Of a stretch of 62,622 nucleotides of DNA, positions 11,834 to 23,115 are shown piece by piece. The translations under genes and the position numbers were made by a program. The notes beneath the pieces are model-generated. The model ran no database searches. It was given only the letters and a program-made list of their open reading frames with translations, and had not been told where the DNA came from. The stretch covers positions 1-62,622 of the forward strand of contig JAUCBJ010005048.1 of NCBI GenBank assembly GCA_032718475.1. Reading direction: 5' to 3'. Position 1 is the stretch's first letter. The number at the start of each line of letters is the position of its first letter. This stretch comes from Nemertoderma westbladi (Eukaryota; Animalia; Xenacoelomorpha).

Positions 11834-14800
11834 TTAAGTTGGGGAGTCCCTAGATGTTTGTTGGATTAGGGAGGTGGTCGTGGGAAGAGTATCTTGCCTT
11901 CCATAGTTTCCGGAGAGTTCTCTGTCTCTTTCCAGTAAACATAAACGACCAACTGGGCGATTGAGCTGCTGTGTCTCGAAGACAATTCCCGGTTTCTTGA
12001 AGTTACGTCGCATGACGACGAGTTCTACCGATCGCACCAAACCATCATCCGAGATGTGAGTCTCGATGATACGACCTGTCTGCCACCGCTTACGTGGAAG
12101 ATCTGAATCCACAATAAGGACCATGTCTCCAGCGCTGACGTTTTCTTGCTGCGCAAACCACTTAGTTCGAAGTTGTAGCGTGGGCAGATAATGTTTTTCG
12201 AAATGGTCAGCGAAACGACGGGATAACAACTGCATAAGTTGCCAAGTTTGCCGGCAGTATTCGTCTCCGTCTGTGATTTCCGATCGTGGGAGCATGGCTA
12301 CCGGTTTCTTCAGTAGGAAGTGCGCGGGTGTTAGCGCTTCCAGGGAATCGGGACTCGATGAGACTGGCATAAGCGGTCTCTCGTTGAGATAGGCGGCGAT
12401 TTCCTTCATTAACGTCCGCAAAAGTTCATCGGTGAGATATGCGCGGCACGGCACTATGAAGTGAAATGCGGTCTTCACGCTCCTGATTAATCTCTCCCAA
12501 CTTCCTCCCCACCAAGGGGCATCGGCGGCGTTAAAGGTCCAGCTAGATGCTGTTACCCTTAGCTGATCGTCCACCTGTCTTTGGTTCCAATCTTTGACGT
12601 AAGCTTTGATTTCATTGTTGGCACCAATGAAGTTCGTTCCCTTATCAGATCTCATCGTGTTACTAGTTCCAAAGCGAGCGATCTGTCGTCGTAAGCTCAA
12701 TAGGAAGCTGTTGGTCGATAAATCGTTCACCATATCGAGATGGATAGCTTTGTCATACAAACAAAGATGACACACCATCTCTTGACTATAGTCCTAGCAC
12801 GATATACTTCAATAGGGCCAAATAAATCTACACCGGTATTAGTAAAGGGTGGTTCATAGAAGCTTACTCGTTCCCTAGGTAATTCTGCCTCTCGCTGTGT
12901 TAAAGGCCTACTGAATGCTTTCCTACAGGGTATGCAGTTCCTAAGAACTTGGTTCAGAGCTCTACGGGGTTTATAAAAATAATAGCGTGTTCGAATTTCG
13001 CTAAGAACTCGTTCTCTACCAGCATGATAAAGTTTGCTGTGAACATCTACAATCATCTTGATTTGTATTTCAAGATTTCTAATGAGTATGGGAAACTTGG
13101 TGTCAAAGGATAATGGAGCATTAGTTAATCTTCCTCCAACACGTATCAACCCATCTATCATTGTGCTAGAGAAACGATCCCTTAAGCGCATCTGTGGATT
13201 TCTCAACAACAGGAAATACTTATCGGAATCCTCATAGCATTGCAGGAGTCTCAGCATCTGCTTGTTGGTTTCTTCATGCTCCTGATAACTGATCTTCTCC
13301 TTCAGAAACCTGTCGGATATCTTATATTTGGGAAGATCTTTACCAACATGGACCTGCACAGATGTCAGTGGAGCGGTATCACTATTGGTCTTCGCCCTGG
13401 AGTAATGATGATGAAAACATCGTTTTAAATATGTAACGGCCTTACAGAGCCGGTTCCAGGAACTGTAGTGATATATCGCTCTCTGTAGGAGAGGTGAGAG
13501 TCCTTGCGAGACGTCTGGTATTCCAGATTTCCAATCCCTCTCTCTGATTTCCACAACAGACTTATTTGTGGCTGTGGGTTTCGGATCCAAAGCGTCGTCT
13601 CCGGAAGTGTGTAGTACAGACAGATCTACCACGGGTTTAAATAACTTCGATTTACTCGCCCGAGTTTTAGGTTTGACTTTCTCCGCTCCCTTGGCCTGTC
13701 TAATCTCTGCCGTAGTAAGATGAGGAGGCCATTCATCCTCTTCTTTGCTTAGGAAGTCGGGTCCACCTAACCAGTCTGGAGTATCTATCAGTTCTTGTGG
13801 AGTTGCTCCCCTGGAGGCGATGTCTGCTGGATTAATCGTTCCGGGGCAATGTCTCCATTGATCCATCTTCATGCGACTAAGTATAATGGCTACTCTGCTG
13901 GTAACGAAGACGCTGAACTGACAGACTTCATTGGTTATATACTCCAACACGAGTAAAGCATCGGTCCAATAGACAGTTTTCTCCAGTGGATAGTCGATCT
14001 GTTCTGTTACATTCCGGCCGATGGCTGTAGCGTATAGAGCCGCTTTTAACTCCGCTCGAGGAACTTTCAACTTGTTGTTTATCAATGCCTTAGAGGTAAC
14101 TAAGGCGACTTTGATTCCATCCGGAGTTTCCACTCTTAGGTAGGCTACTATACCTATTCCCATATCGCTGGCGTCTCCAAACACATGGAGTTGATAGGAA
14201 TACGTAGGGAGAACATGACCAAAATATGAACGGGAAATTATAAAGTTCTCGATGGCTGGTAGAGAATCTTCCCATTTCATCCACTTCTTTAATAATTCTC
14301 CCTTAAGTGGATCGTCCCATGAGTGGTTTTCAAGCCACATTTGTTGTACTAAACTCCGAGCAATCAATATAACTGGGCTAATAAATCCCAATGGATCGAA
14401 ATAAGTGCTCAGGATACTTAAACAAATCCGTTTAGCCGAACTGGATTATCTCGCTGTTTTAGCTGGAAAAACAGTATATCTCTCTCTGTGTCCCATTTCA
14501 AACCAAGTGTCTTGGTTTCTGGAAGATCATCTTTAATTAGGTCTAGGTCTTTCGCTCCTCGATCTTCTACCGGGATCGATTCCAGAAACTCACGGGAGTT
14601 GCTGGTGAATTTAGTTAATCGAAATCCACCTCTTTTTAAGCACTCTACCGTTCCTTTGGCGACATCAATGGCTTCTTCCACAGATGGAAGGGACTTTAAA
14701 TTATCGTCCATGTATATATCCCGTTTGATGTTGTCGATCACCTCTTTTGAGAAGGCATCCCGGTTGTCATCAGCAGTGGTGCGCACCACTGAGCAGGCGT

Positions 14801-16252
14801 TTGAAGGGCTTGAGATGATCCCAAAAGCCTGGATGGTCATCCAATACTCCACCGGTTTCTGGTTGAGGTCTCCTTCAGGCCACCACAGAAATCGTAGGCT
14901 GTCTCGATCCCTATCCAGCGCCTTGACTTGTAAGAACATGCCTTCTATATCGGAGGCGAAAGCGATTGAATATTGTCGTAATCTTAAGAGTATTCCCAAT
15001 AAGGATTGGAGTAAGTTGGGTCCTGGTAACAACTCGGAATTAAGGGATTGGCCCATGTAGAGGGCGGAGCCGTCGAATACTACTCGTACCTCATGAGGTT
15101 TACCGGGTTTGGGAACGTAATGATGTGTTAAATAGTACGTTCTTTCAGTTAGGGGTGTTCCTTCCGGTACTCGCTCCGCATATCCCTTATTAATAAATTT
15201 CTTCAACTGAGTCTGATACATTTCTTTAGCTGAAGCATTTGCCGTAAGGCGTCGATGTAGTTGAGCAATTCTTTTCTCCGCCAAGGGTCGGTTGTTTATG
15301 AATTTTGGTTCTCGCTTTCGGAATGGGAGACCGATTTCATATCTACCTTGATCTTTGAGAAAACGTGTAGTTGTCTCCTGGATCTGCTTGGCTCTTTCTT
15401 CTTCTACTGATAGGGCCTTATCGTAGGAATTGGGCTCCGCCGCCTCTTGAGTAAAGAATCGTACGGCGTGTTCATCTCGAGTTTTCGCGTTATATCTATC
15501 TATTACTTCATTCAGTTCGTCGTTATAGTCGACTCGTCTTGATGGACTAATGACTTGACATAGGTTCACTTGGTTTTGCCAAGTCTCATTTTCCGTAAGC
15601 ATATCAATGGTATTCTCCTCTTCGAAGAGCTGGTGGATATCGTCATTATCTGAGGAGTATGGTGTTCCCTCAGTTGGGTCGTCAACTTCACTGCTCTCCA
15701 CTTCCCATTCGCTTAATTGATATACCTGTTCTTTTGGTAATCTTTCCATAAGAGTTCTACGGGAAGGGCCAGTAAAGTACCAACCTACTCTAGTTCTTCC
15801 CGCATAGACTTGTAATGGTTGCGGTTGAGCAGGCCGTTTCTCCAATGTCTCAAGCGCTTCATGCGCATTTTGGCCGATGAGTATTTGCACTCCAGGGTAA
15901 TCCGTGTTGAATCTAGGTATATTAAGCTGCTGGGTGGAATCGTCCTCATCCCAGTTATAAGGTTCTACTTGGCTGGTAGCGAAGTTCTTTATTGCCACCA
16001 TTTTTACTGACCTTATACTATGTTCTCCTAGTTCATCCTGGGGGGTGGACAACGCACCTACATAATAATCCGCTATTACTGTAGATTTCCAAACCTGCAT
16101 AATTCCTGACATGTTTAACTTAGTTCGGAACTTGGGTTGTCCAGCAAAGATGTCTTCGGCTAGTTCTTTGTCGATGAATGTTCCTGTGCTACCGGAGTCA
16201 AGGAGGGCGTTCACTATATAACTCCTTTTAGGTCCGTGGACCCTCAACTGTA
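11834..16252 (-). pseudogene. pol: BEL/Pao pol (protease, RT, RNase H, integrase), two frameshifts
   Basis: LLDSGS (protease); VRVVFDGSA, DIEGMF, DIYMDD (RT); HVFGDAS, PRAELKAA, YWTDA (RNase H); H..H..CIPC, GVDLFGP, SDKGTNF, WWGGSWER (integrase). Split over ORFs 14418-16586, 12727-14391 and 11834-12778. Confidence 0.93.
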
Positions 16253-18264
16253 CTTTACGGAACCCATTCTGATTTCCACGGAGCAGTCTCTCAATGGGAT
16301 CCCTGATGCGATTTAATAGAATCCTATTGTATAGCTTTGCAGCAATCGAGATCAATGAGATTCCCCGAAAAGAACCATAGAGTGTTAGGTTGCCCTTCTT
16401 GGGAACTGGCACCAACTTATTTGTTTTCATTTCTTGTGGGACTCTTGTTGTTCGGTACATGTCTACTATGATGGGATAGATGAGCTTTAAACACTCAGGT
16501 ATTTTAAATACCTCAGGGGGAACACCATCTACTTCTGCAAAGGAGATATCGCCAATGGGAATATCTGGGAGTACAGACTCAGACACTTTTACTTATGACT
16601 CACTTTGCACCACTTGTGACTCACTTTGAACCACGTGTGACTCATTTTGGATTGTACTACTTGTGACTTAACTATGACCTACTTAATGACTTAATGAATC
16701 TACTTGAAAAGATTTGAAGATAATATATAGGTTAACTTACCATTTACCATAATTTAACTAACCTCAAGGTATTCACGTTCCTGAACTCCGGGCTTATTTT
16801 CTCTGGTTTGCTACAAGTATAGTGAAATATTGCAGCATAGGTTAAAGCCGGTAGGTTTCTCCTGTCCGCTTTTTCGAAACCGGCCTCCATTACACCTTGA
16901 TGGTAACTGTATAATAACTTTTACTTGTACCGCTGTAGCCACTATTGAAAAAAAAATGCTCCTTAAAATTCTAGAATTTTTACCAGCTAGCTAAATAACT
17001 AGACAAAAAAACTAAATAATTTCCATCTAGTGCTAATCTACCGATCCCGCATTGTTCGCTGTAAAACCGATTAAAAAATCGATTAATGAAACTGTTCGCG
17101 CTTTCAGACCTTTAGCAGTTTAACCTGCCAAATTTAGATGTCTTCTAGATTATAAATCGACTTTAGCATATGACGAGTATTTGATACACTACATTAGCCG
17201 AAGCCAGTCTATGCGCGACCATTCACCCGCTGGATATACCCGGGAGACTGGATTCGGAAGCTTTGACCTTATTGCGGTGTAGGCCTACTGTATTATTCGA
17301 CTGATTGTTAATATATAATCTCTGACCAATATTATTCACTTTCGGGAAATATTAACAGTTCCTTTAGGACGTGGCGCTCTAAATATGTAAACAGAGTTAT
17401 GACTTACACTAGACACAACGGGATGGCTATGGATTCACGTATAAAGCGCATTCTTTAGGAGATGCTTCGTTATCAGTCACAATCATGCACACTACCGCAC
17501 AATGCTGCACACCGATCTGCCGACCTTCACTAATTTTAGTCACATATAAAGAGAACAACCACTGACTCATGTAGTGCCTATGAAATAGCATTAGATTCAC
17601 TCCAAAACCAATATAATGTAAGTCGCAATTGTTATATGTAACCGGTCTCTCTAACCTTCAGTATATCAAGAAGATTGGGGTTTCTGATTATTTAGCGATA
17701 TTATCCAATATAATAATATTCCATCAACTGATATAATTAATAACCGACAGTAAATAGCAGTAAAAATGCGGTGTTTTGGTTTGATATTGATTAGTTTGTA
17801 TTGGTTGTTTGTTTGTGTGATAACGGTTATACGTTCTATGATCAAGCCTACTAATGTTTTGCTAAAGCCTGAAAAACACAGAGATTCCAAAGCCGGTCTT
17901 CTGGCATCAGGAAAAAATGTCAACATAAACAGTAATGCATTGCGCGATTTCCCGGAGGTTTCTGTACAAATAACAGGAGAATCGCTCTGATTGGTTGTCC
18001 GAACAAAGGAACAAAGAAAAAGCTACACGTGTACAGATCAGCTGTTAGCCGTCGTCATAGTAACTACACTGTGTCAAGAGGATTTTAGCGTATTGCGACA
18101 TAAAATTGCTAGTTATGTCCGCTAAAGTACACATACAGAAGAAATGGCTTTTTATGTTCACTAAAACACCAGTACAGTAAGGAAACGGCTTTTTATGTCC
18201 GTTAAACCAACTACAGAGTACTTTGCGGGGAAAATAACCAGCTAATTCCGCAAAAGCTTTTACA
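16253..18264. repeat. about 2.0-kb direct duplication of 6745-8756
   Basis: LINE 5' part, minisatellite tail, spacer and LTR recur at a constant offset of 9508 with near-complete identity. Confidence 0.95.
17093..18264 (-). repeat. LTR of element A, configured as a solo LTR
   Basis: GAAAC lies immediately on both sides (17088-17092 and 18265-18269). Confidence 0.9.
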
Positions 18265-18718
18265 GAAACGCCTGGCAATATTTAGCTAGCTATATTTATT
18301 TTTAGCTACATACAGCTCTACGGTACAGGTATGGGCGAAATAAATATTATTCTAGAATAATCGCCTCCATACCGCTATCCTATAATCGATTCTTAACACA
18401 ACATAAATACACATCCAAATAAATTTTTAGCTACATTTATTATTTGTTTTATTTTAGATACTGCAATATTATACTTTATATTAGCCAATCAACTGCGCTT
18501 GACAACTGTTGCTGTGTTATGGCTGACGTCACTCGTGCAGTTTCAGCTGAAACGGCCTGATTTTTCGATGTTGCTAATTTTGCGTTTTAAAATTGCCACT
18601 CAATAACTCGGCCAATATTATTTTTTTTGAAGTAAAATTGCTCTCTGGGGATTTTTCACATGCTCTTTCATATGAAACCAACGAAAAATCGAAAAAAAAT
18701 TTCAGAGTCGTCTACCCC
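18265..18718 (-). mobile_element. probable terminal part of an ISL2EU/Kolobok-like DNA transposon interrupted by element A
   Basis: Ends ...gagtcgtctacccc|at (GGGG terminus plus AT on the minus strand) and is continuous across the GAAAC TSD with the segment carrying the YqaJ-like exon. The other end was not found. Confidence 0.35.
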
Positions 18719-19343
18719 ATTGAACAACTCTCCTCTGGGGTGGTGGGATTCCCCATGATTTAATGATTTACTTTACTTTAATTTTAATTTGTTTTTATTA
18801 AATATATTTATTGCTGCTTAGAAATATGGACGAAGTATTGTAAGTTGAGTACATGAATATCATTTACATTTTACTGCATTGACACAAAACAACATTTTTT
18901 AATGGTAACCCTTACCAACCCTTACCACCAATGTTATGTTGATAAAGTTGTAACAATGTCGATTCTATAGTGAATTTTTTAAAACGGTAATTGGAAGTTA
19001 TCGTGATCGTTTCCATGGTAACGGATAATATTAAATTCATTGTCCTTTAAAATAATTATATAGCAGTAATAGCAGAAAGAATGCGGATCTTCCAAAATAT
19101 TTCAAAAATAATTTATACTATAAAGATCAACTGGTGGACATAATGTGGTTCCGTATCTGTATAGTCTTCAGTGTCCTGCAAATCGCATACGATTGTAATT
19201 CATTGAATTGAAGGGTAGTTTATTATGAATTATATTGTTAATTACATTCCATTTTCAATAACTCATCTCTGTCGCTCTGCTATTAATTGGTATTGACTCA
19301 CAACACACCCATTGCAGTACGTTGTTTACTTATAAACTTATAG

Positions 19344-19499
19344 GCCAAAGGAGACCAACCACCTACGCAGGCCCCTAAGGATAGCGATGAGTATGTTTTG
19401 GATTTATTAATGATTTGTGAAGATAAATTGCTAAAGTTAGACGAAGAATTAGAACCGGAAAACTTAGAGGAACTTCGAGAACAAATGGAGCAAGATGAG
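19344..19499 (+). CDS. ODAD3: internal exon of CCDC151/ODAD3-like outer dynein arm docking complex subunit
   Basis: tag|GCC...GAG|gt, 156 nt, phase 0; AKGDQPPTQAPKDSDEYVLDLLMICEDKLLKLDEEL... matches the recalled CCDC151 C-terminal motif YV..LL...EEKLLKL. Confidence 0.72.
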
Positions 19500-19565
19500 G
19501 TTAGGGATATTATTGTTGATGAGGTTAGGGATATTATTGTTGATGAGGTTAGGGATATTATTGTT
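19494..19565 (+). repeat. 3 x 24-bp tandem repeat spanning a splice donor
   Basis: gatgaggttagggatattattgtt occurs three times exactly. Confidence 0.95.
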
Positions 19566-19764
19566 ATATTTATTATATTTTATATTTTATAATTATATAT
19601 TATATTATATTTATTATTATATTTAATGTTTACTGACTGCCGTCAGTGAATAATAAATTATTTCAATTTATTTTGCTTAACTTTATTAATTGTTTTTTAT
19701 GCCGCTGAATTATAGTTGGAAAACGCTGCAGTAAGTAATCTTGATTCTCTACGATATTATTATC

Positions 19765-20088
19765 ATTAGCAAGTCGTAGGACTTGATTACTGTAAGAATT
19801 GTTGGCTGATTGATTGACTGGCTGACTGACTGGCTGGCTGACTGATCTACAGCCTAAACTACTCTAACGATTTTGATGAAATTTTCACAGCGGCTAGATA
19901 CCGCGATTCTAAGGTCCCTGGTATGTTCCGCTATTTCGTCCATGAGCCGTGGGCTCGAAAAATAGAGATTAACGAAAAAACGCCATAGGCGCAATGGTAA
20001 AATAACACCAATGACAGCTTGTTGATGGAATTTACATTTGATTGATGACTTCCGACTTGCTTAACGGCGTCTTGATGCCGTCTCTAGT
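19765..20088 (+). mobile_element. non-autonomous Helentron/HINE-like element
   Basis: Subterminal inverted repeat agcaagtcg (19768) / cgacttgct (20053), internal (tgac/tggc)n microsatellite, 3' hairpin acggcgtc-tt-gatgccgt followed by CTAG-T. Confidence 0.7.
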
Positions 20089-20419
20089 TATGTATTCTAT
20101 TGATTTGTATGAAGTTTACAGAAGTTATCCTACCCTTCATTCAGTCTGCTCATTGCTTGTCTGACGTTTATTTAGGTTTATGAACTGATAACCCCCAACT
20201 GATTATAAAGTTCAATTTTTGAAATATTAAACAATTTCTTGTATTGAGAGGATCCACATTTAATTGTTGGGATCCCTCGTGGGTTGACAGGGTATCTTTC
20301 GTTCGACGGGATTCCTCTACATTTGATGGCGTTGACATGATCATATTGGGTGGACATAGTTTGATTTGTTCCTATTGGGGACTGACTTATTGGTTCTATA
20401 ATATTTTGTTATTTTTTAG

Positions 20420-20504
20420 TATATCGCTAGTTTAGAAGAGAGACAACCGCGTTACAATGTAAGAGTGAAACTTCCCGTAAAAGCAGTTGATAAACCTTAT
20501 GATG
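20420..20504 (+). CDS. ODAD3: penultimate exon of CCDC151/ODAD3-like gene
   Basis: ttttttag|TAT...GATG|gtaagt, 85 nt; YIASLEERQPRYNVRVKLP resembles CCDC151 ASLEGRLPEYNTRIALP; splice phases join correctly on both sides. Confidence 0.75.
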
Positions 20505-20837
20505 GTAAGTTACGGTTAAGTGATTATATTCACTACCGAGCTGTAGATGTTTAAGAGGCAGGGTGCGGCCTTTTTCATTTTCCGGAGGAGGAGGAGGAGG
20601 GGAGGGGCTGAATACGAGGAGAAAACGAGTTCAAAAGAGAAAATTGTATTTAAAAAGAACAAGTAAAAAGTATATTAGTTTATCACTATAATCAGCTTAT
20701 TTATTCGTCACAACTTTCTTTTATTGACGTTTTTCTTTCGTGCCACATTTAATCAAAATTTATTGGGTTTATGTCCGTTTTTTTTTTATATTTTAAATAT
20801 ACTCTATACATTTGTATTTGCTGTCTTTCCTTTATAG

Positions 20838-20962
20838 ATGAAGATGATTCTGGAGATGACGATGACGTATTGAGCAGAGATGACATTAAACGACAGGGAC
20901 AGATGCTTGTAGACTCGAAAACAAATAGAAAAATGACCAAACGAAAGAAGAAAGGCAAATAA
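20838..20962 (+). CDS. ODAD3: terminal exon of CCDC151/ODAD3-like gene
   Basis: Polypyrimidine acceptor, phase 1; DEDDSGDDDDVLSRDDIKRQGQMLVDSKTNRKMTKRKKKGK*; AATAAA at about 21113. Confidence 0.75.
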
Positions 20963-21299
20963 TTTTTTGTGATCCATCAACTACAATCGTTGCTATTCCA
21001 AATGTTATGAGGAATGGCAAATATATCATGTATTATTTATATCTTTATTGATCAACAAATTGTTTTAATATCATCATGCTACAGTATGTTGACCAATGAA
21101 ATACGTTTGTCAAATAAAAGGTAATGTTATCACAACTCTCAGAAGTTTTAAGACTAGAGGTAAATCTTCCATGATCAGATTCTGTACGGTTTGTTCGCCC
21201 TAAAGCTTCACTCGAATCGATTAATAATAGACAATGAGTTAGTGCGTTTAGAAGGACCTTTTTCTAAGTGACCAAAAATATGATTTAAAATGAAATAAC

Positions 21300-23115
21300 C
21301 GAGTATATTTCGGGCAACAGCCCTTTATCAACTCAATTCAGGTAGACTGCATGCAGGTGTAAAGTACAGAAGTACATACAGGACTAAACTACTACAGGGC
21401 TAAACTACTACAGGACAGTCTGTGATTCCTTACCGGTAAGTGGTGGGTTGCATGCAACCCCCCCTCCCCTTGTTTTTGCTTCCTATTGGTTGGTGGTACG
21501 GCTGTCTAAAATACTACTAAATTACACCAAATTGATAGAACTGAACATAATATACGAATTAATGAACTAAAGCTACTGTATAAAAATGTGTGCAAAATAA
21601 CTCAACTAATGCCCCCCCCCCCCCCCCCCCCCCCGTAGTACTCCCTGGCTGTGTGCTTTGGGGTGCGTGGGTGTATATACCGTGCGTGCTGTGTCTACTG
21701 TATGTTTTGTGTAAGTACTTAACTGGTGTGCTATGTGCCTACGCGTAGTTGTACGCGGTTACCATCCGCTATCGTATTCTGAGGGGTGTTGTATGTTTAT
21801 TTCTGGGTTCAGGTGGTGTATCAATACATTCTCGCTGATCTTCCTGTCGGGCCAATTCCTGCACCGGCGGAGGACCTGGTGGTTGAGCGCCATCTGACCA
21901 TGGACCATGTCTGGCTAGGTAGTGTGCCGCCACGGAGCTCCTTCGTGATTTGTTATTGTTTCGTACCGCGTTCCTGTGTGCCATTGTGCGTATCCTAATG
22001 GGTTTATATGTTTCGCCTATGTATCTCTCTTTGCATAAATTGCACGTAGTTTGGTAAATTACGTTCTTTTTTGTGCAGTTGCGTGTACCGGGGGAACATG
22101 TGTAACATATTGTGTTAGGTAGTTTGGGGCATTTGGGTTTGTTGAGCCGTGTTTGTATTAATATATCTTTTAATTTCCGTCCCGGTGTGAACACAACCCT
22201 GGTGGTTCTAGAAAACGGAGACCTTCTAATATCTCCTTTACCTTCCTGCGAACGTCCTCGTTGATGTGGGGGAGTATGATTGGGTGTTTCGGTTGATTGT
22301 CTGCTGTGGGTGGAGTACGTTGTGAAGGGATGTGGTATGCGGGTGAGTCAGATTGGGTGATGAGTCTATTGACCACTGCTGGAGGGTAGTTGTTTTGGTG
22401 GAGTAACTGTCTGTTGGTTTGTATGGCGTGTTGCTTGGCGACCGTTGTAGAGCTGTGTAAGATCGTTTTATGTATTAGGTTCCTAGCCGTATTGAGTATC
22501 ACTGACTTCGGGTGGTGGCTATTGTAGTTCAGTATGATACCAGCGTTTGTGGGTTTTCTCTACGGTTCTATGTCTATGGTTCCTTGGTCATTGACTTTGG
22601 TGTATACGTCTAAAAATTATAGTCCGGTGTAAGATTGTTCCATCGTGTACTGTATGTTTATGTGTTGTGCGTTTATAAAATCTAGAAATTGTCCCAACTC
22701 TTCCTCCCCATGTTTCCACACTGACCAACCATCGTCCAAGAACCGATACCAACACTCTGGTGTTAGTCGGTACGTGTTAAGGTACTGAGATTCTTTTATA
22801 TGAATGTAAATGATGGCAAAAGGTGCCGCCGCCCTATTCCCCATACCCATCCCATCTTTTTGTTTATAAAATTTATGGTCGAACTCGAAATAGCTAAAAT
22901 CTATAACGAGTTGTAATAATCCATAAAATTCAGGTATGCTGAGTCCAAACAAGTTGATACTATGTTTATGTTTATTAGCGAAGTCTGTGACGTCATCGAT
23001 AGCTTCTCCTACGGGGATACTGGTATAAAGCGACACTACAGGGTATGTCCGTGGAAAACAGGATGTCTCCTGTTTCCAATGGGGATAACTCTTTTAAACG
23101 TCGTATAAAATCAAC
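21300..23115 (-). mobile_element. Penelope-like retroelement, degenerate and 5'-truncated
   Basis: RT motifs ILFSTDI/VVSLYTSIP, YKQKDGMGMG and WYRFLDDGW; GIY-YIG NVIYQTTCNLCKERYIGET; several frameshifts. Confidence 0.9.
21301..21334 (-). ncRNA. minimal type I hammerhead ribozyme (U3-A8 core variant) associated with a Penelope-like element
   Basis: Minus strand GAG-UUGAUAA-A-GGGC-UGUU-GCCC-GAAA-UAUA-CUC: stem I GAG/CUC, perfect stem II, GAAA, palindromic AUAU in place of stem III; about 430 nt 3' of the GIY-YIG ORF on the same strand. Confidence 0.7.

Larger units (their letters stand above)
7585..18264 (-). mobile_element. BEL/Pao LTR retrotransposon, element A (rearranged; gag and leader replaced)
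   Basis: TGT...ACA LTRs at 7585-8756 and 17093-18264; 5-bp TSD GAAAC (7580-7584, 18265-18269); PPT GGGAGCGG abutting the 3' LTR; PR-RT-RH-IN domain order with BEL motifs. Confidence 0.93.

Noticed and set aside
18821-18838. Possible 18-nt micro-exon (tag|aaatatggacgaagtatt|gtaagt)
   Set aside because: Splice signals are plausible, but the peptide does not fit the recalled CCDC151 sequence and there is no transcript evidence.
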